A stretch of 64,000 nt of DNA from Octopus sinensis (lineage: Eukaryota): positions 46,996,001 to 47,060,000 of the forward strand of contig NC_043014.1 in NCBI RefSeq assembly GCF_006345805.1, read 5' to 3'. This document shows positions 46,128 to 57,397 of this stretch, piece after piece. The stretch's first letter is position 1; each line of letters begins with the position of its first letter. The translations under genes and the position numbers were made by a program. The notes below the pieces were generated by a model. That model had not been told where the DNA came from. It did no database searches and saw only the letters and a list, made by a program, of their open reading frames with translations.

Positions 46128-49100
46128 ATTTTTCCTTGGATTACGTCGGATTATTTTACGCTGTAAGCTGTTATGTTAGTTCGTTCTGTTCTGGATTTAC
46201 ACGTACAATTTTTGGAGTATTAACTTGTGAAACAAAGTAATTTTCGCCCTTCGGGGTAGAAAATTTCTTTTTATATATGAACTTTAATTCAGTGTGGATT
46301 TGATTTTTATCTTGTCTCTTGTGACAAGTCACTTGCGTTTTATTATGGATCTTGACTTAACGTCAAATTCTGATTTTCCCGAGATGGGAGAAGTTATAAA
46401 GCAAAAGGATACAAAGGAGAAACAAAGTTTTTCGGAAGCCGTTGGAGGTAATGTTATAGAACTGGAAGTAACAATGGAGGATCTCTTCAAGTTCAGAAAG
46501 TTCATACAAAGGAATGGAGAAGAAACGAGAATAATACCGCCCCCTGACACCTTACAAGCAATCCGTGAGAAGACGGTAATTTATAAGGTATATAATATTA
46601 AGGAAAAAAAGATTGCAGATGTAAGAAATGAATTGGTAGAACGGTGCATGGCACCAATTTGGAACAAGGTTCGCTATGTTGGCCGAGGAGTGAGAAGCGC
46701 TACTATTGAAGCGCATTTCGAGTCGGCTAGCATAGCGAAGGAAATTTCAACTCAAACGTTGAAGAGTGCAGACATCCTGTTGCTGCCCACGTACTTAGGG
46801 CGCAGAACAGCTAAGATAACAATAGAGGATATACCAACAGGTTACGATGTAATGTGGGCTGCAACAGCGGTCGTATTCGACGTAGAAGAGAAATTAAACA
46901 TTTTAAACATGAGGATGAAAGAGGCAAAATTTTGGAATGGTCAGCAGCTTGAAATGATCGTTCAAGCTGACAATGCAACGCTGGAGAGTTTGCCAGACAG
47001 GGTCTTCGTGGGGGATGGACACACTGCGCGGGTATCGGTTGAGGGCGTAGGCCCAGATGTTTCAAATGTGGGCAGAGGGTCACGTCCGCTCAGAGTGCAA
47101 AAAGAAAAAAAAACCCGTTAATGCCCCCATTCAAACCGCTGTGGAGAACAAAGCAGACATCACAGCAACAACAAAAGAGAATACCCGGAAAAAAGCAAAT
47201 GAAAGTCAAAAGGAGGAAAAGAAAATGAATGGAAAACAAAGCGAAAACGAAAACGAGGTGGAAGATATTTTATCAAATGGAAAAGAACTGGAAGTAATGG
47301 AATATACGACTGTAACCAACAAAAGGAAGAAATCCAATACCCCGGACTCCCCACCCCAAACAAAAAGAAAAACAAACGCAGAAGAACAACACAAAAAATT
47401 ATCCAATCCCACCCGCTGGCACTACTTTTGTAGGCCAGCATTTCATTAAAACCCAGCCCCCAACTTTAAAAGGATTCAAAAAAACCGATAGGTGCATTGC
47501 TTATAACACAAAAAACGAGAGAGTAGTTTGGTACATAAAGGCGAAACCAAACATAAAATGTTTCAAATCATCGGAAAAAAAAACCGGATTGGAGGTATGC
47601 GAAGGTTGGAGAGGAGGAATGGAAGGAGAGACTCTTCCAACTACACGTGAGGGACAACCTGATTAAAGATGTCACACAAGAGGTGATAGCTGGAAAATTG
47701 AATATTAGCCCGGCAGCCACTCCATCCCAGAGCCCGGTGGCAACGCCGGTTAAATGCCCAGCAACAACGGAGAGTGTGGGGGAGGCAGGCAGACAAAAGC
47801 TGCCATGCTCCCTCTCACAACGTAAGTAACAAACTTTCTTCATTCATCGATGATTAAGTTGGGCTGTATAAATGTGCGTGGAATGGGGTCGAAATGGAAA
47901 CAGGCTTGCTTGCTGGACGACCTCAGGACACACAGAATAGATGTAGCCATTGTCACCGAGTCCAAGATGAGAGGAACCCAAGCGTTCTCGCATCTTCTCA
48001 ATGGTTACGAGAAATTTATTTCTCCTAGCCGAGGAGGAAGTGCAGGCGTGGCAGTCCTTATCAGGAAGAACTTGGACTTACAGGTAAGTACTGTCTTTAT
48101 GGACCCAGAAGGTAGGCTGGTTGTCTTCGATGTAACTCACGTAAGTAAGCAGTCCTTCAGGTTGGTAGCTGTTTATGCTCCTAATGAGGGTAGGCAGCAG
48201 ACTGGTTTTTATCGGAACTGGAGAGCACTTTCTAGTGACGTCTAAAACGGTAGTATTGGTAGGGGATTTCAACACTATCATCGATGCGCGGATAGATAGT
48301 GTGGGCTCGTCTAATAGAAGGGGGAATCCTTGCCTTAAGGGTCTACTGACGAGCTTTAATCTAGTAGATCGGTTTCGAATGGATGAGCCGAACATTCCAC
48401 AGTGGACGTGGAGTAACAATGACGGCTCACGCAGATCGTATATAGATAGGGTATTTGTTAAAGAACGAGATAGGAATAGCATTAGCTGTCCACAATTTTG
48501 TATTGTGCCTTACACGGATCACAAATTAGTGAGTGTGACGTGTGAGGTAGAGAAATGCCATAGACAGGGACCCGGATACTGGAAAATGAACAAGTCTATT
48601 TTGGCTTGTGAAGCTTTCCGTAACCGGATTATGGAATTAGTCCAGAGGGCATTATGTGGAACCATCATTAATAATAGATGGTGGATCGCCCTCAAAAGAG
48701 CCATCCGTTTGGAGTCCATTAGATTTAGCAACCAGCTAAGTTTAGATAGGACTAGAATAGAGGGCGATTTAGTTAAGAACTTAGACGAGGCAATGGATCT
48801 GGCTGTGCATCTAGAGTGTTAGCAGAGAGAACGATCTTGTACCGTCACCTCAATGCCAAGCATGAAGGATGTAGAGTCAGAGCTAAGCTACGTGCAGTGA
48901 AACGAGAAGGTATTAATGTTGCCGGATGGGCACGTCGTGTGGAGAGTCAGAAGGGCAAAAAGTCCTCTATTAAGTCTTTAACTGACGAACAGGGACGCAA
49001 AATCTATGGACAGGAGGAGATACAGAAGGTCTTTCAACAGCATTCGCTCGGTTGTTTGGGGAGGGCGATCCACTCGAGCGAGGGGAGGGCTTACAGAACT

Positions 49101-51479
49101 TCCTAGCTGGTGGGCCTCGGCTCTCGCCAAGCAGAGCGGAACGCTGTGAAGGACCGATTACTCCCGCGGAGGTAAGAGGGGTTTTGGCTGAATGCGCCCG
49201 GGAAAAGTCGCCGGGACTGGATGGTCTGCCCTATGAGTTTTATTGTTGTATGCCGGACTTGTTCGGGGACATACTGGCAAGCGTCTACGCAAACTGGCAA
49301 CAGAATGGGAGGATTCCCAGTTCTGTGAGCCGGGGAGTTGTGACGCTGATCCAGAAAGACCCGCAAGGAGGATAATATTAGTAATTATAGGCCCATAACT
49401 CTACTTAATGTAGAGTTAAAGATTTTGGCCAAGGTGTTAGCAGAAAGGTTGAAGGTCGTCATGGAAAAACTTGTCGGAAAGGCACAGACATGTGCAATCC
49501 CAGGCAGGTCGATCGAAGATAATCTCACACCTTCTACGCTACACTATAGACAGGGTTGGGCAATTAGCCGGCAAAGGAGGGGCATTGGTCCATTTAGACC
49601 AAAGTAAAGCATTTGATAGGGTAGATCATCAGTACCTGGCGGCGGTTCTCGAAGCGGCTGGGCTAGGTCCTGACTTTCGCGGGTGGATATCAGCTATGTA
49701 CAGCGGTATCAAGTCCACAGTCCAGATAAACGGTTACTTAACGGAACCGTTTTCGATTAAGCGTTCAGTTCGTCAAGGATGTCCCTTGTCCCCTCTCCTG
49801 TACGTTTTGGCTCTTGAGCCATTGCTGCGGAAGTTGAGACGGTGAGATGCAATCCTAATGAAATCGGATGCGGTAAGTCTGTTTCTGCGTATGCGGATGA
49901 CGTCACCTTCATCGTGTCCAACGAAGCACAACTAACTCGTGTAGAAAGTGCTCTCCGAAGATACGAAGCGGTGGCTGGGGCAAAAGTTAACAAGGACAAG
50001 TCCACTGTTTGCGCCTCGGCACCTGGAGGAACAAGCCGATATCGTCCAGTGTTGTTGGACACTGGACAGATGGTCCTGTTAAATTGCTTGGAGTTTGGTT
50101 TGGTTCAGACTCCCAGATGGAGAAAAATTGGAGCGAGGTAGTGACCAAGGTAGAAGCCATAGTTCGGGAGTGGTCCGGAAGGCATCTTTCCTTGAAAGGG
50201 AGGGCGGAGTGGTACAGGTGTTTATAGCATCTATAATCACCTATCGCCTGACTGTCGTGCCTTGCCCCGATTTGTGGCTAAGCAAGTTGGATCGACTCCT
50301 TTTCCGCTTTTGTGGAAGGGAGGAAAGCCACTTGTAAGGCGCTCCGTGTGTTGCCAGGAACCACTAAAGGGTGGGCTGGGGATGCCTTGGTTAATGATGC
50401 GCAGGCATGCGCTGAGACTGAGACATCTCTGGTTTCACCTGGAAGGTGATAAGGTTGTGGAGTCCGCTGGCAGATAATTTCTTCCCGCAACCGACTCTAT
50501 GGAGAGATTTAAACCCGGTTTCATTAAAAGACGGACCTGACTTTATGGCAGAAAGAGTGCCGACAGGCACTCTGGCTGATCCACAAGATAGGCAAAGCCG
50601 GCTGCGGGAATACCACCTCGACATTTTATAGAAGGATGGTAGAGGCAAAAAATGACGACGTCCTAAGAGGGTCTCTGGGGTTCGATGAGGATCAACTATC
50701 CGACCTGTTTAAGAAGACTTTCAAGCCGGGGTATTTGGACAATTACCAAAAATCCCTGACTTGGCAGTGCTATAGGAATGCTCTACCTGTTCGCGATAAG
50801 TTTATAGGCATGGAATGTCAGTGCCACCGACATGTCCAAGATGTGGGTTGGACGATGAAACCGTCCAGCACGCTTTTGTACATTGTCAGGAGCTGTCAGG
50901 CTTAATAAGTTACGTAGAACACGTGTTGTCGCATCTGGGACGAGTACAGCTATCGGCTGGTTCTATAATAAAGATGATACCGCCAGCTGGACTCTCAAAG
51001 GAAGGTGAGGCTTGTTTTCACTGTACGGTGGCAGTACTGAAAGAGTGTGTGTGGAGAACTAGATTGGAAGGTTTGGTGTCAGGAACCTTTGTCTCTGGAT
51101 ATGGTATGTTAAAATACTTCAGATACCATCTAAAGAGCAAGATGGATTTAGAGAAGAGGAACCTGACACAGAAAAAGTATGTGAATCGATGGAAGGATGT
51201 GATAAAAAAGGTGGGTGTGAGTAACCCTGCTTGGTCATCATGAAGGGAGAAAATAGTCTCTGGGCTCTTAGGCTGTCGGGTAAGAATCCTGACTGTGATA
51301 TACCTAGCTGGCCAAAATCATTTTTAATTTTAAAAAAAAAAAGGAGAAAAGTAAAGTCTAGTATCATAATCAATAATCAACATATGTAATATCAAACGAA
51401 CAACGTAAACTTTTTGTAATTATGTTTTGTATTGTAATGTACTATCTCTGTAGATTTTTATAATCATAATAAAGATTTA
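46128..51479 (+). mobile_element. Second full-length Tx1-like L1 copy in tandem (5352 bp), ORFs broken by many small indels
   Basis: Near-identical to 40751-46110 end to end; followed by third copy of the 17-bp site (51480-51496); several substitutions versus copy 1 plus 1-2-nt indels, often in homopolymers. Confidence 0.9.
46345..51243 (+). pseudogene. Frameshifted ORF1/ORF2 of Tx1-like copy 2 (some indels may be sequencing errors)
   Basis: Track fragments 46294-47121, 47057-47449, 47850-48245, 48175-48822, 49052-49375, 49471-49845, 50815-51243 each match parts of copy 1 proteins. Confidence 0.75.
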
Positions 51480-51490
51480 GGAAGCGACAC

Positions 51491-51563
51491 CTACTGGTTT
51501 GGCTACGCTGCATTGAAAAGGGGCAATACCCCGAAACGCGTCTGTAGCTGCTGCCGCCAGTAG
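51491..51563 (+). ncRNA. Type I hammerhead ribozyme motif, U3/A8 variant (copy 2; predicted cleavage after 51542)
   Basis: Identical core and stems I-III to copy 1; its first 6 nt come from the LINE target-site duplication; distal stem I 3' arm slightly varied (ctgccgccagtag). Confidence 0.75.
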
Positions 51564-51720
51564 TGTGGAGCGACTGACCTCCCTTGTTCAAAGGTTATAT
51601 GGATACAGTTTGTGTATCAAATAGCTAACTTAAGGCGATGGCCTCATGGAGCTAATAAGCGTCAGCTTTTTTTTCTTATTTTTATAAGAATGCCATATTA
51701 GTATGGCGATAATAATATTT

Positions 51721-51764
<44 letters not shown>

Positions 51765-51816
51765 ATATATTATATAATATATGTATATGCATACATACAT
51801 ACATACATACATACAT

Positions 51817-51860
<44 letters not shown>

Positions 51861-51930
51861 TAATCATTATTGATCAGAAATATTTTTTTAAAACTGCTAG
51901 TTTTCCATTGACTACTTGGGTGTTTTGTGC

Positions 51931-51986
51931 ATGCGTGCGTGCGTCCGTACTTGCGTGCGTGCGTGCGTGCGTGCGTGCGTCCGTAC

Positions 51987-52023
<37 letters not shown>

Positions 52024-52080
52024 TACTTGCGTGCGTGCTTGCGTACTTGCGTGCGTGCTTGCGTACTTGCGTGCGTGCAT
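51931..52080. repeat. (GCGT)n tetranucleotide array with interspersed GTACTT units
   Basis: Visible directly. Confidence 0.9.
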
Positions 52081-52540
52081 GCCAGCGCACGTTTCCTGCA
52101 CATATACATACATGAATACACACATAAACTAAGACATTAATTGGACCGTCCTCTCCTCCTCCTCCTCCTCCTCCTATCACATCCACTGTATTCCTGCCCA
52201 AAAGGGACGTAAGGGACTGTCAGTTCTGTGATTCAGTCTAGCATTTTACGAACAACGGAGTTTCATCACAGACCATCCATTTCAGGTGTGTCTCTGTTGA
52301 TATCAACAAAATGAAGGCTAAGAAATTCTGAGGGTAAGTGGAAGACCGTTGTACAGAAGAAATAAGCTGAGTGTTTCAGCTTCAGGACAGAAGTTGGTGT
52401 TGTCCCGAGATGATCTATCGTCTGACGACTGCCCGACCATGGAAACCCAAGTCTATCTCTCACCTACAGCACACATCTATGGTCTCGTGATTACCAGAGA
52501 AAGTTCTCTCTAACTTTCCTTACTTGTTTAAAGGACAAAA

Positions 52541-52800
52541 TTCGTGGCGGCGGCGGCGGTGGTGGTGGTGGCGGTGGTGGTGGTGGTGGTGGTAGAAGTG
52601 ATGGTGGTGGTGGTGGTAGTGATGATGGTGGTGGTGGTGATAGTGATAATGGTGGTGGTGGTCGTCGTCGTCGTGGTAACGGCAGCGATGATAATCATGG
52701 TGATGTGGATATGATAGCAGTGATTTTGGTGGTAGTAATGATGGTGGTGGTGGTGGTCGTCGTCGTCGTCGTCTTCGTGGTCATGACAGTGATAAGGACC
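52541..52800. repeat. Compound (GGT)/(GAT)/(CGT) trinucleotide tract
   Basis: Visible directly. Confidence 0.85.
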
Positions 52801-52960
52801 ATGACAATGATGATGACTCTAGTGACAGAACCATGGTTATTGCAGGAATGACCAGGATTTGTTTGTAGTACTTCAGTAGACAACTAACCCTAAGAACTTC
52901 GCTATTCAGATAACAAATGTCTCTGAAGAAAAACAAAAAGCAACCAATAACGTATCTGGT

Positions 52961-53190
52961 CATCATCACCATCGTCGTTTAACGTCCGCTTTCCATGCTG
53001 GCATGGGTTGGGCCGTTTGACTGAGGACTGGCGAACTATAAGACTATACCAGGCTCCAATCTGAGTTGGCAAAGTTTCTATGACTAAATGCCCTTCCTAA
53101 CGTCAACCACACAGAGAGTGTAGTGGTGCCTTTTACGTGCCACTGGCACGAGGGCCAGTCAGGCAGTACTGGCATAGACTACGCTTGAAT
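52961..53190 (-). mobile_element. Repeat family E
   Basis: Homologous 3' portion. Confidence 0.65.
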
Positions 53191-53222
53191 GGCGCTGATA
53201 ATAATATATCTCTGATATATAT

Positions 53223-53584
53223 ATAGGTGCAGGAGTGGCTGTGTGGTAAGTAGCTTGCTAACCAACCACATGGTTCCGGGTTCAGTCCCACTGCGTGGCA
53301 TCTTGGGCAAGTGTCTTCTGCTATAGCCTCGGGCCGACCAAAGCCTTGTGAGTGGATTTGGTAGACGGAAACTGAAAGAAGCCTATGTCTGTGTTTGTCC
53401 ACCTAGCATTGCTTGACAACCGATGCTAGTGTGTTTACGTCCCCGTCACTTAGCGGTTCGGCAAAAGAGACCGATAGAATAAGTACTGGGCTTACAAAGA
53501 ATAAGTCCTGGGGTCGATTCGTTCGACTAAAGGCGGTGCTCCAGCATGGCCGCAGTCAAATGACTGAAACAAGTAAAAGAGAGT
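53223..53584 (+). mobile_element. SINE family A lacking the central microsatellite
   Basis: gaagcctatgtctgtgtttgtcc junction has no (TA)/(CA) tract. Confidence 0.85.
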
Positions 53585-53596
53585 ATAATATACCTG

Positions 53597-54300
53597 CTGG
53601 AAGACGATGCACAATGGGAGGCCTCGTTATTCGAAGCTGTAGCATCCCAGACACCTGAGCATCTACAAGCTCTATTTGCTGTTATGCTGCAAATTTGGGA
53701 ACTGAGTAACCCTTTGTCTTTGTGGATCAAATTTAAAGATGACTTATCGGAGGACTTCATACATCAGACGAGTGCTTTTTCCTGGGATAGAAAGTATAAG
53801 TGATGAGGTATACAATCAAGCCTTGATCGACATTGAAAATACAGTTGCATCACTTGGTGGGAATGACTTGCCCTCACACGGTCTGCCTAAACTGCTGCAT
53901 TCAGAGTCAAATTTACTTCCTACAGCTCTTTTGCCAGAGACGTCCTACGACACAGATGCCCTTGCCAATTTCGTCCTAGAAACTGAACCAAAGCTTCTTC
54001 CAGATCAACGGCATGTTTATACTATTGTGACTTATCATGTGCACCACAGGGAGCAAATATATCTTTTACCTTCAGAAGACTGCAATTCCCGCTCCAGGCC
54101 AGCTTCGCCATGACTGTCAACAAGTCCCAGGGCCAAACTCTTTCTGTGGCCGGACTTCTCTTGGAAGAGCCTTGCTTTCCCCACAGCCAGCTGTACGTTG
54201 CATGCTTTAGAGTCAGCAGTAGAGACAGACTGTTCGCATTAACACATTGGGGGAAGACAAGAAACATTGTCTACAACGAAGTGCTACATATTTGCCAAGG
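53597..54300 (+). mobile_element. Helitron Rep/helicase fragment with large internal deletion
   Basis: LLEDDAQWEASLFEA...LFAVML...NPLSLWIKFKDDLSEDF; EVYNQALIDIE...LPSHGLP; FRRLQFPLQASFAMTVNKSQGQTL...FPHSQLYVACFRV...KTRNIVYNEVL; helicase motif I region absent. Confidence 0.85.
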
Positions 54301-54616
54301 CTGAAGTGGGTACGCTATCGCCATGCATGCAAATAACGGGGTACGCTCAAATACTTTCACTATTTTTTCCCAAATCAGACGGAAGCATCAGGAAAGGGCG
54401 CCTTGCCTCTTGACATTCTGTGGGTTTATGGAAGGCGTTCGTGTGGTGCTCCTACGATGGCAAAGGGGTGGCGATTCTTTGCAGTTGCACAATAATAATG
54501 CGAAGAAACAATGTTGTCAAACAGCTGCTACAAATGGATCAGCGGAAGGGCAGATTAGGAATCGCATATTTGAGGACATTTCTGCTGCCTTCTATACGGT
54601 CGATTACCTCAAGTAT

Positions 54617-54748
54617 ATTATTTACATTTGATGGATATTTGTCATCTTGTTTGTTGTTAACACGTTTTGGCTGATATACCCTCCAGCCTTCTTCAGGTGT
54701 CTTGGAGAAATTTCGAACCTGGGTTCTCATTCCTAAGGTATTCTTCGA

Positions 54749-54789
<41 letters not shown>

Positions 54790-55030
54790 TCACTGCTTGG
54801 AATCGAACTCGGAATCTTGGGGTTAGTAGCCCGTGCTCTTAACCACTACGCCATATGCCAGTAGGCATATGCTATATGCCCGTGAGAACCCAGGTTCGAA
54901 ATTTCCCCAAGACACCTGAAGAAAGCTGGAGGGTATATCAGCCAAAACGTTGCTTTAACAACAAAGATGAGGACAAATATCCATCGAATGTAAATAATGT
55001 ACGTAATTCCTCATCTCTTAAATATAGGAC
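54617..55030. mobile_element. Penelope-type pLTR insertion with inverted 5' junction and 12-bp TSD
   Basis: Minus-strand pLTR (tRNA-like head, (AAT)n, degenerate hammerhead) 54622-54885 fused to plus-strand partial pLTR ~54883-55030; tacctcaagtat duplicated at 54605-54616 and 55031-55042; homologous to 61531-61738. Confidence 0.75.
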
Positions 55031-55676
55031 TACCTCAAGTATGTTTATTCATAACATTAAAGTGACCAATTAATGGAAAGGATACCAATTGACAAAACGC
55101 ATGGCGACTATGTGTTGCATGAACCTCTTGAGGGCAACATTCCAACTGTTGACCATTAGCTTCCTTCAACAAGGAGCAATCTATCGTTCAAACAGTTCCT
55201 TTTTAGGAAATGCTGAAGTTGTTCAACTCGTTCTCTTCCTATTCCTTTATCTGTGGGCTTCATTCTATGGTTCTAATCTGCGCTGAGCTGAGGAGTAAGG
55301 TGTTGAAATCAGAAGAGCATTGCACGAACACAGTAGCCAAGGTAGGGCTCAAAAAATTTTCTCGAGTGTACATAAAAAGCACCCACTACACTATCGGAGT
55401 GGTTGGCATTAGGAAGGGCATCCAGCTGTAGAAACTCTGCCAGATTAGATTGAAGCCTGGTGCAGCAACTGTCTTTCCAGACCTCAGTCAAACCATGCCA
55501 GCATAGAAAACATGTTAAATGGTGATGATCATGAGGCTGATGATTATATATCATCATCATCATTTAGCACCTACTTTCCCTGTTGGCATGGTTAGATGAT
55601 TTTGACTGTAACTGGTAAACTGGTGGGGCTACACCAGGTTCTGATCTAATTTGGCATGGTTTCTATGAGTGGATAT

Positions 55677-56087
55677 ACTCTTACTCTTTTACTCTTTTAC
55701 TTGTTTCAGTCATTTGACTGCGGCCATGCTGGAGCACCACCTTTAGTCGGGCAAATCGACCCCGGCACTTATTCTTTTGTAAGCCCAGTACTTATTCTAT
55801 CGGTCTCTTTTGCCGAACCGCTAAGTGACAGGGACGTAGACACACCAGCATCGGTTGTCAAGCAATGCTAGGGAGACAAACACACACACACACATAATAC
55901 ATATATATATATACATATATACGACAGGCTTCTTTCAGTTTCCGTCTACCAAACCCACTCACAAGGCTTTGGTCGGCCCGAGGCTATAGTTGAAGACACT
56001 TGCCCAAGGTGCCACGCAGTGGTACTGAACCTGGAACCATGTGGTTGGTAAACAAGCTACTTACCACACAGCCACTCCTGTGCCTAT
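55677..56087 (-). mobile_element. SINE family A
   Basis: Full-length copy. Confidence 0.85.
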
Positions 56088-56639
56088 ATGCTGTTTATCA
56101 CTAAGGGTTTAGCAGATAAAAGAAATGAGACAAAACATGATGTCAAAAATATAAAATTGTTGTTTATTTCTCAAAATTGAACATTTATGTAAAGTTCATT
56201 GATTGAAAATAGAAATCAAAATAAATAAATTAATTGGAATTTTTCCTTGTTTCCACAAACTGAATATAACTGAACGTGATTTTTGAAGTGAGGGGAGTGG
56301 GTTCAATTAGAATGTTGAATGGATTGTGTCCTTTAATTAACAGAAAACTAATTAATGAGAACAACTTACATTCATTTAAGGTATCATTTTCCTCTCTCCT
56401 CATTTAATGATCCCTTCTTGACTCACTGACAACAACTGGATTGATTCGCAAATCCAAAATTAATGCAGAAGGTCTTTAAGCTGACCCAGATTGGAATTGA
56501 GAGTCACTGCTAAGTAGAGTCGAGTCTAAGTAGAGAGTCAATGATAAGTAGAGACTGATGTAACTATCACCATGGTAACAGTTATTATTAATAGTGTTAT
56601 GTTACTGACATCAGGGTCAGGTTTTTCATCAAAACATAT

Positions 56640-57123
56640 CTATGTCAGGTCTGTCATCACAATGCTTGTCAGGCTTGTCATCACAATGTGATGTCTATGA
56701 CGTGTTTGTCATCACAATGTGATGTTTCTATCAGATTTGTCATCATTATGTGATGACTATGATATGTTTGTCATCATGATAGGATGTCTTTCCCATGTTT
56801 GTCATCACAATGTGACATGTCAGGTTTGTCATCACAATGTGATGTCTATGACATGTTTGTCATCACAATGTGATGTCTATGTCATGTTTGTCATCACGAT
56901 GTGATGTTTCTGTCAGATTTGTCATCACAATGTGATGACTATGACATGCTTGTCATCATGATGGGATATCTTTGCCATGTTTGTCATCACAATGTGACAT
57001 CTATGTCAGGTTTGTCATCACAACGTGATGTCTATGTCATGTTTGTCATCACAATACAATGTCTATGTCAGTTTTGTCATCACAATGTGATGTCTATGAC
57101 ATATTTGTCAGGTTTGTCATCAC
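56640..57123. repeat. ~31-bp palindromic minisatellite, 16 monomers, 182-bp higher-order period
   Basis: Unit gtttgtcatcacaatgtgatgtctatgtcat; variant monomers recur at 56721 and 56903. Confidence 0.85.
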
Positions 57124-57397
57124 TCAGCTGGGATGCAGGAGGCACACACCCAGCAACTTACTTATCCGCCAATGACATTTGGAGTAAAATAACTGTTGAA
57201 CAAATCCTCATCTCTAAAACGCTGACGGGGGATGCGGAGTACCTGCTAAACATCCAGTAGCCAAGTATGGGTAATTAATTACAAGATTCACAACTCGTTT
57301 CCACATTACGTAAGGGAGTGGACCACTTGTGAGAGAGCTACTGTCTGAGAAGTGGTAGGTACGACAGAATGTGACGAAGTAACGCTGTTGGGGATTG

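Larger units (their letters stand above)
40271..51720 (+). repeat. 363-bp hammerhead-bearing tandem repeat (non-LTR retrozyme-like or Penelope pLTR-like): unit 1 40271-40633; unit 2 40634-40750 + 51497-~51720, split by the two LINEs
   Basis: cttttagagagacttagtaa... recurs at 40271 and 40634; the sequence after 51496 resumes unit 1 from gtttggctacg; many internal hairpins. Confidence 0.75.

Noticed and set aside
56640-57123. Palindromic repeats as a CRISPR-like array
   Set aside because: No unique spacers, eukaryotic context, no cas genes.
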